A stretch of DNA of 64,000 nt from Eledone cirrhosa (lineage: Eukaryota), in contig OZ024754.1 in NCBI GenBank assembly GCA_964016885.1, positions 32,116,001-32,180,000 on the forward strand, written 5' to 3'. The notes under the pieces were generated by a model, which did not search any database, was not told the origin of the DNA, and saw only the letters and a list, made by a program, of their open reading frames with translations. Positions within the stretch are counted from its first letter, which is position 1. Each line of letters begins with the position of its first letter. This document shows positions 1-11,958 of the stretch, one piece after another. A program made the translations under genes and the position numbers.

Positions 1-156
1 ATGATTGAAGTTCCTTTAGTAACCGCAGTGTTAAGCTTGCCTGAAGATTTCATCTGCAACACTAGTCACTAATTTAATTGTTAACATTCTGTAATAATTC
101 AGCAGAAAATATTTTAAAACAGGATCTGTCAAAATTTGCAGTATTACATTAAATAT

Positions 157-476
157 TGTATATACTCGAAAACAGATTTTTAGGGTGAGTGAGAGATGTC
201 TTCTCTTGTGAAAATGCGTATAGCTTTCATTATGTAAAATCTCCCCCTTTTTTCTCATTTTTTCCCCGTTTTGGGGCACTTTTTTTCATGGTACTCCATT
301 TTGTTTTTTTAGAGGTTGGTAGGTCCGAGAATATGGGCCGAGGAATATATAACTTCAAAAATTCATTGTAAAACATATGTTGATTTGCTGCCTCGATATA
401 TAAACGGCGGTTTGGATATTAGCTTATTTCTCAGGCATAAAATAGGGAGTCGACTTATATTCGATTATATGCGGTA
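157..476. mobile_element. Degenerate Tc1/mariner (Tc2/pogo-like) MITE
   Basis: Left end ttgtatatactcgaa and right end gacttatattcgattatatgcggta resemble the TIRs of the element at 61451-61657. Confidence 0.45.
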
Positions 477-491
477 TTTTAACTATTTAAT

Positions 492-684
492 TGTTTCTAC
501 TTTTGGTTTCTACTACAAGGCCAGCAATTATCCCAGTGTATTACTGGTACTTTATTTTATCGACCCCTTAAGGATGAAAGGCAAAGTTAACCCCGGCGGG
601 TTTTGAACTCAGTCCGTAAAGGGACGTAACTGTGCTGCAAAGCATGGCGTCCGACCCTCTACCAATACTGCCAATCCACCGCCT
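492..684 (-). mobile_element. tRNA-derived SINE (Nin/Deu-like core), full length with target-site duplication
   Basis: Minus strand has A-box-like TGGCAGTATTGG, B-box GAGTTCAAA and core CCTTTCATCCTT..GGGGTCGATAAAATAAAGTACCAG; 18-bp direct repeat gtattttaactatttaat at 474-491 and 685-702. Confidence 0.85.
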
Positions 685-1124
685 GTATTTTAACTATTTA
701 ATGTGATGCAGTTATACTGCTGTTTTGTACTTCATCAATAAGACTTCACAGAACGATGTAACACAACCATGGACAGTACAGATTGTAAGAACAATACTGA
801 TGATTCTTAGCCATTGATTTCTTAGTCACTGTTATCGATACATACACACTTCATGATGCTTTAACAATACTTGTAATTAACAAATTAATACATTGTAATT
901 AACAAATTAATACATTGTATATCTTAACATTTATTTTGAAAATGTAGTCGTCACAAAGCTAATAGATATACTATAATGGTTTCGGATTTAGACACAAGAG
1001 GGGAGAGAAACGTCGATTAAATTGATCCCCAGTGCGATACTGGTATTATGTATAATAGCATTTTTCCGTTTCCTCCCTGCCCGTCTCCTCAATCTTTCTA
1101 TTGCTTCTTTAATTTCTCATTCTA

Positions 1125-1160
1125 TCTTCTGATGAAGGACTAGCGTCCGAAATGTTGAGA
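1125..1160 (+). ncRNA. Minimal type-I hammerhead ribozyme (family J)
   Basis: TCTT-CTGATGA-A-GGAC tagc GTCC-GAAA-TG-TT-GAGA; related copy at 14045-14080 (-). Confidence 0.65.
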
Positions 1161-1259
1161 CTCTTTTCCTACTATATCAAGAATAAGACTAATAATATAT
1201 TTCTCCATTGTACTGTGTCTTTGGCTTTGTTATTTCTGTTTGCCATTTGCATATATACA

Positions 1260-1322
<63 letters not shown>

Positions 1323-1341
1323 CAGTATATATATATATATA

Positions 1342-1476
1342 TACGTTATTCCGGGTTGATTCGGAGGTAACCACAGTAAGTAAGGTACTCAATACATTGC
1401 AGAGTATAAAAGTTTTAATATAGATGAGATTCTACAGGACTAGAACTGTTTCATTCTTTAGAAATCATCAGGAATC
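1342..1476 (-). mobile_element. HHR element family A (3' tail + ribozyme) in (TA)n
   Basis: Near-identical to 6407-6604, 11468-11716 and 53553-53920; (TA)n on both sides. Confidence 0.8.
1428..1476 (-). ncRNA. Type-I hammerhead ribozyme (family A)
   Basis: GATTC-CTGATGA-TTTC taaa GAAT-GAA-ACAG ttctagtc CTGT-A-GAATC: stem I 5 bp, stem III 4 bp, GUA cleavage triplet, ATTAAA just downstream. Confidence 0.85.
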
Positions 1477-1764
1477 ATATATATATATATATATATAAAC
1501 GGAAAAAATGAAACGATATTTCATTTCCCACTCTTAGTACGGCTGTTACTTAAATATAAGTATGTACACGTACATACATATATGTATACCGACGTACAGT
1601 AGTATGTATATATATATATACATACATGCACACATATATATATGCACGTATGGATTCACCGAATATTTATTATAATGCTCGGTGTGTTTGTAAACAAACA
1701 TCCCGTATTAAGCCGTAGTGTCTAGCAACCACCGTTGCTCGTTTGTTCAACACTGACAAAGGAA

Positions 1765-1805
1765 CGCTGTACTAGTTTCAAGCTTGTTAGCTATCGTCAG
1801 CAACG
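1765..1805 (-). ncRNA. Hammerhead ribozyme (family B, left arm)
   Basis: Reverse complement of 1977-2017. Confidence 0.8.
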
Positions 1806-1976
1806 TATACCTTCCTGCCAGATTGTTGAACGTATATACTTACCTTATGCATGTGTGTTTGTAAACAAACATCCCGTATTAAGCCGATTAACCCACTCGA
1901 TATGCAAATTGGGCTACTCAGCCGTTAATATGCATAAGGTAAGTATATACGTTCAACAATCTGGCAGGAAGGTATA

Positions 1977-2017
1977 CGTTGCTGACGATAGCTAACAAGC
2001 TTGAAACTAGTACAGCG
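1977..2017 (+). ncRNA. Minimal type-I hammerhead ribozyme (family B)
   Basis: CGTTG-CTGACGA-TAGCT aaca AGCTT-GAA-ACTAGT-A-CAGCG; palindromic stem III, GUA site. Confidence 0.85.
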
Positions 2018-2225
2018 TTCCTTTGTCAGTGTTGAACAAACGAGCAACGGTGGTTGCTAGACACTACGGCTTAATACGGGATGTTTGTTTACAAACACAC
2101 CGAGCATTATAATAAATATTCGGTGAATCCATACGTGCATATACATATGTGTGCATGTATGTATATATATATATACATACTACTGTACGTCGGTATACAT
2201 ATATGTATGTACGTGTACATACTTA

Positions 2226-2319
<94 letters not shown>

Positions 2320-2320
<1 letters not shown>

Positions 2321-2590
2321 ATGACAATAGAGGTGGTTCGAGTTAGTAATAGAATAATTAAGCTTAGATTAGTTGTAGGCAGGAGACTACTGACAATCAT
2401 CTCTGCCTATGCTCCCCAAGCAGGCCTAGGTAAAGAAGAGAAAGACTGGTTTTACGGACAACTTTTACAAACAGCCGCAATGACAGAGGACGGAGACATC
2501 GTTATGCTAGCAGGGGACTTCAATGGTCATGTTGGACAGCTCCAGGATGGATACACTGGGGTACATGGTGGGCACGGTTACGGTATTTAC
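2320..2590 (+). pseudogene. RTE-clade LINE AP-endonuclease fragment
   Basis: Translates as ..[50 protein letters not shown], with the SAYAP and GDFN motifs of APE domains. Confidence 0.85.
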
Positions 2591-2980
2591 ATGTAGGCAT
2601 GTGTGAGCGCGTGTTATATACGTATTTATGTGTGTATATTTATATACGTTTATATAATTATATGTATACACGCACACACAAACACACATATATATATATA
2701 TTTATATTTTATGTGTATTTGGTGTATACGTTCGTATGCGTGCAGATACAGGTGTTGTGTGGGTTCTGTATGTGCGTGCGTGTTTTTTTGTGTACGTGCT
2801 TGTATTTGCATACCCATAGCGAGTGCTTTCGCGTATGCTTGCGTATGTACGTATGGGATGCGTGCATGTATATATTTAATTTCAATAACCTCTGTAATTT
2901 ATTTACTTTATTCTTAACTCTGAAGCCGAGAATCATTCGGTTTCCTTAAGAGAATGTTAGTCTATGATTTCATTTATACC

Positions 2981-3190
2981 ATTTACGTGTAATTGTTCTC
3001 AACGATCCACATAATGACGTATTATCCTCGTTTTTTTTCGTTCATTGCCAGAGAACGTCTCCACGAACCACCTTCATTTATACCATAAACGTGGTTTTGT
3101 CTTTGCGTGTAATTGTTTTCACCGCTCCAAATAATGACGTATTGTCTTCGTTTTTTTCCGTTCTTTGCCAGGGAACGTTTCCACGAACCA
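2981..3190. repeat. Diverged two-copy tandem duplication, 120-bp period
   Basis: 2981-3070 aligns with 3101-3190 (cgtgtaattgtt..ataatgacgtatt..tcgttttttt..ttgcca..gaacgt..ccacgaacca). Confidence 0.75.
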
Positions 3191-3426
3191 AAGTATCGTC
3201 TTCCTGTCTTCCTTCGGTTGCAACGTTTTTTGAAATATTTACGTCTGCGTTCACAGATTGATTTTTTTAGTTTCGGAAGATCCCGTTAAGGGTGAAAGCA
3301 GCGATTCTTTGCTTAAACTTTAATCTGTTATTTTAATAAATATTTGCTCTACGGTTCTTATATATTTGATATATATTTATCCTTATCGAGCCCTCTTTGA
3401 ATTTTAGTCTTCAAATTTATTATTAT

Positions 3427-3488
<62 letters not shown>

Positions 3489-4385
3489 ATATAAATATAT
3501 ATATATATATATATATATTTAAAAAAAAGGAAAAGAATGACTTCACTTGTAGTGTTAAAAAATTAATGTTATAATATTATAATATTATGAGTTGGTAGAT
3601 CCAGTAAGTTCTTTGTTAACTTCGGTGGGAAGAATTTTAGAGATTCCTGGTTAACTTGGGTTGGAGAACTTTCTCGCATTCGTCTGTCTGTGGCGATTGT
3701 CAAACTGAGATCAGGTTGTGTTGAAATGTGTGACTATATATAAGAGAGATTTGGATGTGTCTGGTGTGTGGTGTTAATGAGTGTTGATGATGAAGGTCCG
3801 GAGGAATTAAAGTATACATATATACACACACACACACGTACACACACACACACATACACACACGCATATATATACACTCAGAAAATGGTGAGGTTGTAAG
3901 ATAAGGGTGTTTGAGGAGAAGGTGGTCGTAAACCTACTCTCCTGCTGGTTTTATTTCATTAGTTGACCTTTGATGAGTATATAATGGCATAGCTGAATCA
4001 ACTCTTCCAAATTCATAAAGAATATCTTCTACAAATTTTTATATCAAAGATGAATTTAGGTGCTTGTCTAGGTTTAATGAGGCGTAAGATACATGTGTTT
4101 TGATAAGAATGGGATGATATGAAAAAGAGAAAAGAAGGATAGTTTGCGAATATTTGTCAAAGATGTGTTGTTGATATTGGTCTGGGAGAGGAAGTGTGTG
4201 TGTGGGGGGGGGGGGGGGGGGGGGGCATGGTGGCTCACGTATTCACTTCCTTATATGTAAATGTATCTACAGTCCAAATGTATCTACAGTCCATATATAC
4301 TACATACAAACACATATCAACACATATATACATATACATATATATACATACATACATATACACACATCCATACGCATACACACCC

Positions 4386-4466
<81 letters not shown>

Positions 4467-4557
4467 CACACATATACGTACACATATATACACATATATA
4501 CACACACATACATATACACCCATATATACACACACACCTTTTTTATATATATATATG

Positions 4558-4606
<49 letters not shown>

Positions 4607-4650
4607 AAGTTAAATAAAAGTCAAATGATTAAAATTTAGCTTCGTTTATT

Positions 4651-4705
4651 ACTGCTATATATATTTCAGTGACAGCCATCTTTGGCTGTGACCTCTTCAG
4701 GCAGT
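4651..4705 (-). ncRNA. Hammerhead ribozyme (family C, left arm)
   Basis: Reverse complement of 4936-4990. Confidence 0.8.
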
Positions 4706-4935
4706 TTGAATTAGTAATCTATAGACAAGTACATATGTTGTTTAGGTGTATGATATTGTCAATACTCTGATATGCCCAGTTCCTTGTTGGGTTGTTAATT
4801 CACTGGGGAACTGGAGTCATATGACTCCAGTTCCCCAGTGAATTAACAACCCAACAAGGAACTGGGCATATCAGAGTATTGACAATATCATACACCTAAA
4901 CAACATATGTACTTGTCTATAGATTACTAATTCAA

Positions 4936-4990
4936 ACTGCCTGAAGAGGTCACAGCCAAAGATGGCTGTCACTGAAATATATATAGCAGT
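4936..4990 (+). ncRNA. Type-I hammerhead ribozyme (family C)
   Basis: ACTGC-CTGAAGA-GGTCACAGCCA aaga TGGCTGTCACT-GAA-ATATATAT-A-GCAGT immediately followed by AATAAA. Confidence 0.85.
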
Positions 4991-5136
4991 AATAAACGAA
5001 GCTAAATTTTAATCATTTGACTTTTATTTAACTTTATTTTACACTACTCCGGAGTAACCAAACCAACCTGCGCACTTCGTCGAGTGCTCCAGCCTGCATA
5101 CTGAGGTGTTGGTATACAACCAACATAAACTCAAAA

Positions 5137-5176
<40 letters not shown>

Positions 5177-5499
5177 TATATATATATATTATATTATAAC
5201 ATTAAATCATAAATTTTTTAACACTACAAGTGAAGTCATTCTTTTCCTTTTTTTCAAATATACCTAACTGTGCCAAGGATCTCACACATTTTCCAATATA
5301 TATATATGTTCATTATAAATTTTAGTACAGCATTGACGAAGCTTTAGTATACGGCCAAGCTAGCGTATATACATAATCGGTCTGTAGCTTTAGCACTCGG
5401 ATGAGGTAAGACCCCAGAGTAATAACATTACGTTCAGACAGCTTAGCAAATCAGATATAGCAGTCGGCAGTCCAACCGCATTACCAGAGCAACGTGTAT

Positions 5500-5640
5500 G
5501 TGAGAAAAACCACAGACCCTCCATCTCAACTCTACTCTAAAAGCAGAAGAACTGCGAAACCGGTAAAGGAACCAAATAAATATATATATATTTTTTAAAA
5601 TAAGACTCCAGTTGCATTTTCGATTTCATGTTTTTCTCTC
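5500..5640 (+). mobile_element. HHR element family G (degenerate core in this copy)
   Basis: Homologous to 17685-17795 and 54275-54465; GCAG..CTGC-GAAACCGGTA-AAGGA then AATAAA. Confidence 0.65.
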
Positions 5641-5651
5641 TCCCCCCCCCC

Positions 5652-5774
<123 letters not shown>

Positions 5775-5984
5775 TATATATATATATAGATAAATCTACC
5801 AAAAGTTTACGGTAGTGTCCAATCCGTATGAAGAACTCAATGTAATCCGGATATCATGAAAAGAGAAGATGCATTCAAAAACTACTTTCGGTGAAAAATA
5901 AACAGAAAACAGAGTCAAGATAAATTATTAAAAAAATAATGAATAAACAAAGAAACAGTTCCTTATATTAAACAAAAAAAGTTC

Positions 5985-6124
5985 ATTATTTTACGATCGT
6001 TTCTAGGATATATATGTGTGTTAGAAATGGTATGCATATTCTATAGATCTATGTACAATATTTATACAAACTATCAGAGGGAATATACATACCTTCACAT
6101 ATATATGCTGTCTTCAGAAATAAT
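5985..6124 (-). ncRNA. Type-I hammerhead ribozyme with 107-nt stem II (family I)
   Basis: ATTATTT-CTGAAGA-[long hairpin]-GAA-ACGATCGT-A-AAATAAT; perfect 7-bp stem I; within a unique segment 5790-6130 flanked by (TA)n. Confidence 0.75.
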
Positions 6125-6128
6125 ACTT

Positions 6129-6194
<66 letters not shown>

Positions 6195-6198
<4 letters not shown>

Positions 6199-6345
6199 AT
6201 ATGTTGAAAAGGTAACACACCAGAGAGAGATAGTGTCTCTCTGGTGTGTTACCTTTTCAACATATTATAAAGAGCTCGGGATTCCTTCTCCTTTGAGCAC
6301 ATTATTGACAGGGAATAGCGAGAGTCTATGGCTCCGTTAGTTTAT

Positions 6346-6349
<4 letters not shown>
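6195..6349. mobile_element. Short fold-back element with tail in (TA)n, no ribozyme core retained
   Basis: About 35-bp perfect hairpin (ataatatgttgaaaaggtaacacaccagagag / ctctctggtgtgttaccttttcaacatattat) then an 80-bp tail with TTGAGCAC. Confidence 0.6.
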
Positions 6350-6406
<57 letters not shown>

Positions 6407-6409
<3 letters not shown>

Positions 6410-6604
6410 TTAATATAGATGAGATTCTACAGGACTAGAACTGTTTCATTCATTAGAAATCATCAGGAATCCCTGATGATTTCTAATGAATGAATGAAAC
6501 AGTTCTAGTCCTGTAGAATCTCATCTATATTAAAACTTTTATACTCTGCTATGTATTGAGTACCTTACTTACTGTGGTTACCTCCGATTCAACCCGGAAT
6601 AACG
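6407..6604. mobile_element. Fold-back HHR element family A with ribozyme cores on both strands
   Basis: HHR (-) 6423-6471 abuts inverted HHR (+) ~6472-6520; tail to 6604; (TA)n flanks. Confidence 0.85.
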
Positions 6605-6636
<32 letters not shown>

Positions 6637-6761
6637 GGTTTGAGGTTCACCACTGTATAGAGCTGGTCTATTCCGTATGGTCAATCGTAATGCAATAATA
6701 TAGAGAGTACTCAACGTAAAGCAGTTCAAGGATTTACACAAATCCAGCCTCCTGTCATTTC

Positions 6762-6793
<32 letters not shown>

Positions 6794-6796
<3 letters not shown>

Positions 6797-6930
6797 GTTT
6801 CTACTTTAGGCACAAGGCCAGCAATTACCCAGTGCAACCTCGGCGGGATTTGAACTCAGATCGTAAAGAGACATAACTATGCTGGAAAGCATGGCGTCCG
6901 ACCCTCTACCGATACTGCCAATCCACCAAC
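6794..6930 (-). mobile_element. SINE (Nin/Deu-like) with internal deletion
   Basis: Matches both ends of 492-684 but lacks the core. Confidence 0.75.
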
Positions 6931-7000
6931 CAAACAGTGAGTGTGTTCTGTTATTAATTCTGGCAATATTACACAAATATGACCCTCCCCAAGTATAACA

Positions 7001-7093
<93 letters not shown>

Positions 7094-7163
7094 TGTGTGT
7101 GTGTATATATATATGTATCTATGTGTATATATATATGTGTGTGTGTGTGTATATACATGTATC

Positions 7164-7222
<59 letters not shown>

Positions 7223-7235
7223 ATATGTATCTATG

Positions 7236-7270
<35 letters not shown>

Positions 7271-7581
7271 ATGTGTGTGTGTGTGTGTGTGTGCAAAGCA
7301 TTGGAAACGTATTCAATATCGTAGTAGGTTAGAATAGTATTTATTGAAGGCTGACTCTTCGCGAATTCCTTTCTCATATAGGAACACCCCCCCCCCCCCC
7401 CCCACACACAAATTACACACACACACACATATACGTATACACACACACACACACATAAATGTCCCTCTTGAATATTTAATGTGGTAAGATCCGGAATTCC
7501 AAGTAAAGTGGTAGAACTGGTTAATATTGAATGAGATGTATTTCTGGGTATTGCACCACAAGTGTGAATAACTGTCCTTTT

Positions 7582-8095
7582 TGGTTGGTTGACTGGTCGG
7601 ATGGTTGGGTGGCTGGTTGTGTGGTTGGGTGGCTGGTTGGGTGGTTGGTTGTGTGGTTGGGTGGCTGGTTGGGTGGTTGGTTGTGTGGCTGGTTGGGTGG
7701 TTGGTTGTGTGGTTGGTTGTGTGGTTGGGTGGCTGGTTGGGTGGCTGGTTGGTTGGTTGTGTGGTTGGTTGGCTGGTTGGCTGGTTGGCTGGTTGGTTGG
7801 CTGGTTTGGTGGCTGGTTGGTTGGTTGGGTGGCTGGTTGGTTGGTTGTGTGGTTGGTTGGCTGGTTATGTGGTTGGTTGTGTGGCTGGTTGGTTGGTTGT
7901 GTGGTTGGTTGTGTGGTTGGTTGGCTGGTGGGTGGCTGGTTGGGTGGTTGGTTGGTTGTGTGGTTGGTTGGTTGGTTGTGTGGTTGGTTGGCTGGTTGTG
8001 TGGCTGGTTGTGTCGTTGGTTATGTGGCTGGCTGGTTGTTTGATCGTGTGCTGTTTGTGTGGCTGGGTGGTTGGGTGGTTGGGTGGTTGGGTTGT
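7582..8095. repeat. Degenerate (GGTT/GGCT)n satellite
   Basis: Direct reading. Confidence 0.9.
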
Positions 8096-8822
8096 TGATG
8101 CCTAATCGGTTCCCTAGAGAAATCTTTAGTTGACACCAAAGTTGCATTGTTTTAAGGCTTTTAGCTTGCTTGTATTTAAACAAATATAAACACAAACACA
8201 CACACACATACATACACACATACATACATACATACATACACACATACATACACACATACATACATACATACATACATACATACATACATACATGCATACA
8301 TACATTCATACATATATACACACATGCATAACTACGTAGAATAGAAAATCGTCTGTTTCGACGATGAGTATTACAGCTGTTCGACCAAGGATTTACTTAA
8401 TACATACATAATACATATATATATATATATATACATACATACATATATACATTTATTCATACATACATACATACATACATACACATACATACATACATAC
8501 ATACATACATACATACATACATACATACATACATACATACATACACAACTACATAGAATGAAACATCGTCGGTTTCGACGATGAGTATTACAGCTATTTG
8601 ACCAACAGAACAGCCTGCTTGTAATATTACTAACTTGTAGGTGTCGGACTATTCCACAGACACGTGGGCCTAAATCAAAAACCATTAATAGATCAACTTC
8701 ATCCTCTCAGTAACTATAAAATAAATTACCAGAGCTCGATATAATCGAGTTATCCCCCCCCCCCTACCATCAGCCCACACATATTACTGGTTTGTGACTA
8801 AATCAAAAATCATTATTAATGT

Positions 8823-9208
8823 AGATTGGCAGTATCGGTGGAGGGTCGGACGCCATGCTTTCCAGCACAGTTACGTCCCTTTACGGACTGAGTTCAAATC
8901 CCGTCGAGGTTGACTTTGCCTTTCATCCTTACGGGGTCGATAAAATAAAGTACCAGTAATACACTGGGATAATTGCTGGCCTTGTGCCAAAAGTAGAAAC
9001 AATTATTAATTAGTAAGGGCGAGGGATTGGCAGTATCGGTAGAGGGTCGGACGCCATGCTTTGACGCATGGAGTTACGGCCCTTGCCATTCTGAGTTCAA
9101 ATCCCGCCGAAGTTAACTTTGCCTTTCATCCTTACGGGGTCGATAAAATAAAGTACCAGTAATGTACTGGGTAATTGCTCGCCTTGTGCTAAAAGTAGAA
9201 ACAATTAT
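8823..9208 (+). mobile_element. Two head-to-tail SINE copies (8823-9005, 9017-9208)
   Basis: Each has TGGCAGTATCGG (A box), GAGTTCAAATCC (B box), the core and the end AAAAGTAGAAACAATT. Confidence 0.85.
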
Positions 9209-9288
9209 TAATATGTTTTAAAAAATAGGATAAAATCCCATAACTCTTTGTGGGGTCGCAGAGGCACCGTCATACGGTGTGTCTAGGG

Positions 9289-9556
9289 CAGGCATGTCAA
9301 ACACGTGACCCGCTGGCCGCACACGGCCCTTTGCAAGCACACATGCGGCCCGCACAAATATTTTTACAGCGCGAGCATGTTTTATATTCGTAAAATTAGT
9401 TGTAATGTGCGCAATTAGTTGTCGTGTGTGGCCCTCAGACAACACATATGTGAGCCATGTGGCCCTCAGACAACACATATGTGACCCATGTGGCCCTCAG
9501 ACAACACATATGTGACCCATGCGGCCCTCGGAGGGACCTTCAGCTTGACATGCCTG
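9289..9556. mobile_element. hAT (Charlie-like) MITE
   Basis: TIR CAGGCATGTCAA / TTGACATGCCTG; 8-bp TSD gtctaggg / gtctagcg; internal 29-bp tandem repeat at 9427-9530. Confidence 0.85.
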
Positions 9557-9636
9557 GTCTAGCGGTCTTTTTAAACCTGACGCAACCCAACCCTCTCCAG
9601 GTCTGAACACAGCCGAGTTTTTCTATAGGGGAAGAA

Positions 9637-9797
9637 TCGACCCCCAGTACTAGTCTGATACTTTTCTTTATCGAACTTGAAAGGGTGAAAGGTGAAGTTG
9701 ACCACGGTGGGATTTGAACTCAGAGCACGCAATGGGGTGGGACGAATACCGTAAAGCATTCTATCCGGCGTCTTAACGACTCTGCCAATTCGCCGCT
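9637..9797 (-). mobile_element. Older SINE copy (Nin/Deu-like)
   Basis: Minus strand GCGGCGAATTGGCAGAGTCG..GAGTTCAAATCCC..CCTTTCACCCTTTC. Confidence 0.7.
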
Positions 9798-10250
9798 TAT
9801 GTGTTGAAAAATAGATGTGAAGAAAAAGAAAGGGAAAAACATTGTAGAAAATTAAGAATCTGTTAAAAGTAATTGGCGTTAGACATAAGGCTGTTGTACA
9901 ACCTAATCTGAGCCATGACTGTTTCTAGAGGATAGGCCACTGTTAGAATGGATAGTCCAGTGTTTTGTTAGCATTTTAACCAGATATCCGGTCAGAGGAT
10001 AACTTCTTCCACCCCTCCCCTGGCATATCTTGAGCAGTGTCATGGGCCATACTCCCCCACCTCTCAGAATAAATATACAGAACCACACACTCTCTCACTT
10101 AAACGCTCCTTCTCTCTCTCTCTTTCTCACACACACACACATATATACACACATATATATGCACATGCATATATACATACATACACACACATACATACAC
10201 ATGTATATACATATATACATATATACGTACATAGAGAACCACATACAACA

Positions 10251-10318
<68 letters not shown>

Positions 10319-10500
10319 TATTCAAATATCTTCGTGCGAGCTACAATCGATAGTTAATCTTATTTTACAGGATTTAGCCATCAAAATCCGATTAAGCTTT
10401 AATCGAGTCCGCAGGCACAAAAGATTGCATTACATTAGCTTTCATGCTATATAAACTGTCCAAACACTTTCTCTTATTATTGTGTATATATATATGTATA

Positions 10501-10562
<62 letters not shown>

Positions 10563-10621
10563 TTATATATATATATATTTATTTATTTATTTATTTATAT
10601 ATATATAAATATATATAATAT

Positions 10622-11044
10622 AGAGGAGAGGAGAACAGAAAAGAGTGAACGACTAGAGTGAAATACATAAATTCTACGAAAAGTGTGGAAAATACATAAT
10701 TGGAAAGGTAAACAAAAATGCACAAACCCACCTTTATAACTATAAAACACCTGGACAGACTCAAAGAAGAGAATGTTTCACCATTAACAGTGTCAAAACC
10801 ATAACGTCCCAGGGCGTTATAAAGGTGGGTTTGTGCATTTTAATTTACCTTTCCAATTATTATGTATTTTCCACACTTTTTGTAGATTTTATGTATTTCT
10901 CTCTAGTGGTTCTCTAGCCCTCGTAATTCAAAACACACTCTTTGTGTGTTCTCTCTATATTATAATATGAAGAACCCGGTAATTATAGCTGAGCTCATTG
11001 AATTAGAGAGGATTAACGTGAGACTTTAACTCCGTGTTTTCATT

Positions 11045-11047
<3 letters not shown>
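10622..11047. mobile_element. Diverged fold-back element with tail in (TA)n
   Basis: Inverted arms ~10650-10740 / ~10816-10910 and a tail with CTGAGCTC; no complete HHR seen. Confidence 0.6.
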
Positions 11048-11109
<62 letters not shown>

Positions 11110-11208
11110 CAAATATATAGCTGGCAATTACATACCGTCATATATAATTATCCACATACAATTGTGTTATATATATTTATTTTACCTTTGCTATATATAT
11201 ATACCTTT

Positions 11209-11306
<98 letters not shown>

Positions 11307-11467
11307 AAGAAAGAAAGAAAGAGAGATAGAGAGACTGAGATAGAACTTATTTCCACAATTTTTACTCCCTCCAAAATGGATACCTCATATAAAATGGCGC
11401 ATTTTATATTTAAAAAGAAATACGGTATATATTATACTTGTATAATATATATATATAAATATATAGT

Positions 11468-11716
11468 ACGTTATTCCGGGTTGAATCGGAGGTAACCACA
11501 GTAAGTAAGGTACTCAATACATTGCAGAGTATAAAAGTTTTAATATAGATGAGATTCTACAGGACTAGAACTGTTTCATTCTTTAGAAATCATCAGGAAT
11601 CTGGGTATCAAAAAATAAATATGGTATTTATAGGTCTCTACAAGTGGTAGGAGAGGGTGGCAAGTGGGATGGGTGTAGGTCATTGGTTGATAGAAAAGGG
11701 AATTCATTAAAAGCTA
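11468..11716 (-). mobile_element. HHR element family A (ribozyme 11553-11601)
   Basis: Identical core to 1428-1476; 5' extension shared with 53619-53735. Confidence 0.85.
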
Positions 11717-11817
11717 ATATATATATTTTTAGGAATATAAAAAACAAACAACAAAACAAACCAGGAATACAAGTTACAAATGGTATTAGGTCCACGCTTA
11801 GTGAGAGTGGGGTGTGC

Positions 11818-11867
<50 letters not shown>

Positions 11868-11912
11868 TACATGTGTAATATATACCGTATTTCTTATATA
11901 TATACACATGCA

Positions 11913-11955
<43 letters not shown>

Positions 11956-11958
<3 letters not shown>

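Larger units (their letters stand above)
1498..2231. mobile_element. Fold-back HHR element family B
   Basis: About 302-bp inverted arms 1551-1852 / 1930-2231, unique tail 1498-1550, (TA)n flanks; second copy at 27771-28330. Confidence 0.85.
4601..5138. mobile_element. Fold-back HHR element family C: 440-bp loop-less palindrome plus 98-bp tail
   Basis: 4601-4820 is the reverse complement of 4821-5040 (centre CAT|ATG); tail 5041-5138 shared with copies 13158-13591 and 20010-20434. Confidence 0.9.

Noticed and set aside
1-110. Possible minus-strand exon after ttattacag
   Set aside because: Only a weak GC donor, no recognisable peptide, and truncated by the window edge
2910-2955. Hammerhead candidate CTGAAGCCGAG..TCGGTTTC
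   Set aside because: Simple hairpin; lacks CUGANGA and GAAA in the right order on either strand
3880-4195. Possible Penelope RT or GIY-YIG coding remnant
   Set aside because: Manual translation of minus-strand frames gave stops and no recognisable motif
4601-5040. Fold-back elements as DNA-transposon MITEs or Foldback transposons
   Set aside because: Arm length varies between copies, a unique tail lies outside one arm, and arms carry HHR plus poly(A) signal, fitting retroelement pLTRs better
8823-9208. tRNA genes
   Set aside because: A/B boxes belong to SINE heads followed by the SINE core; no full cloverleaf
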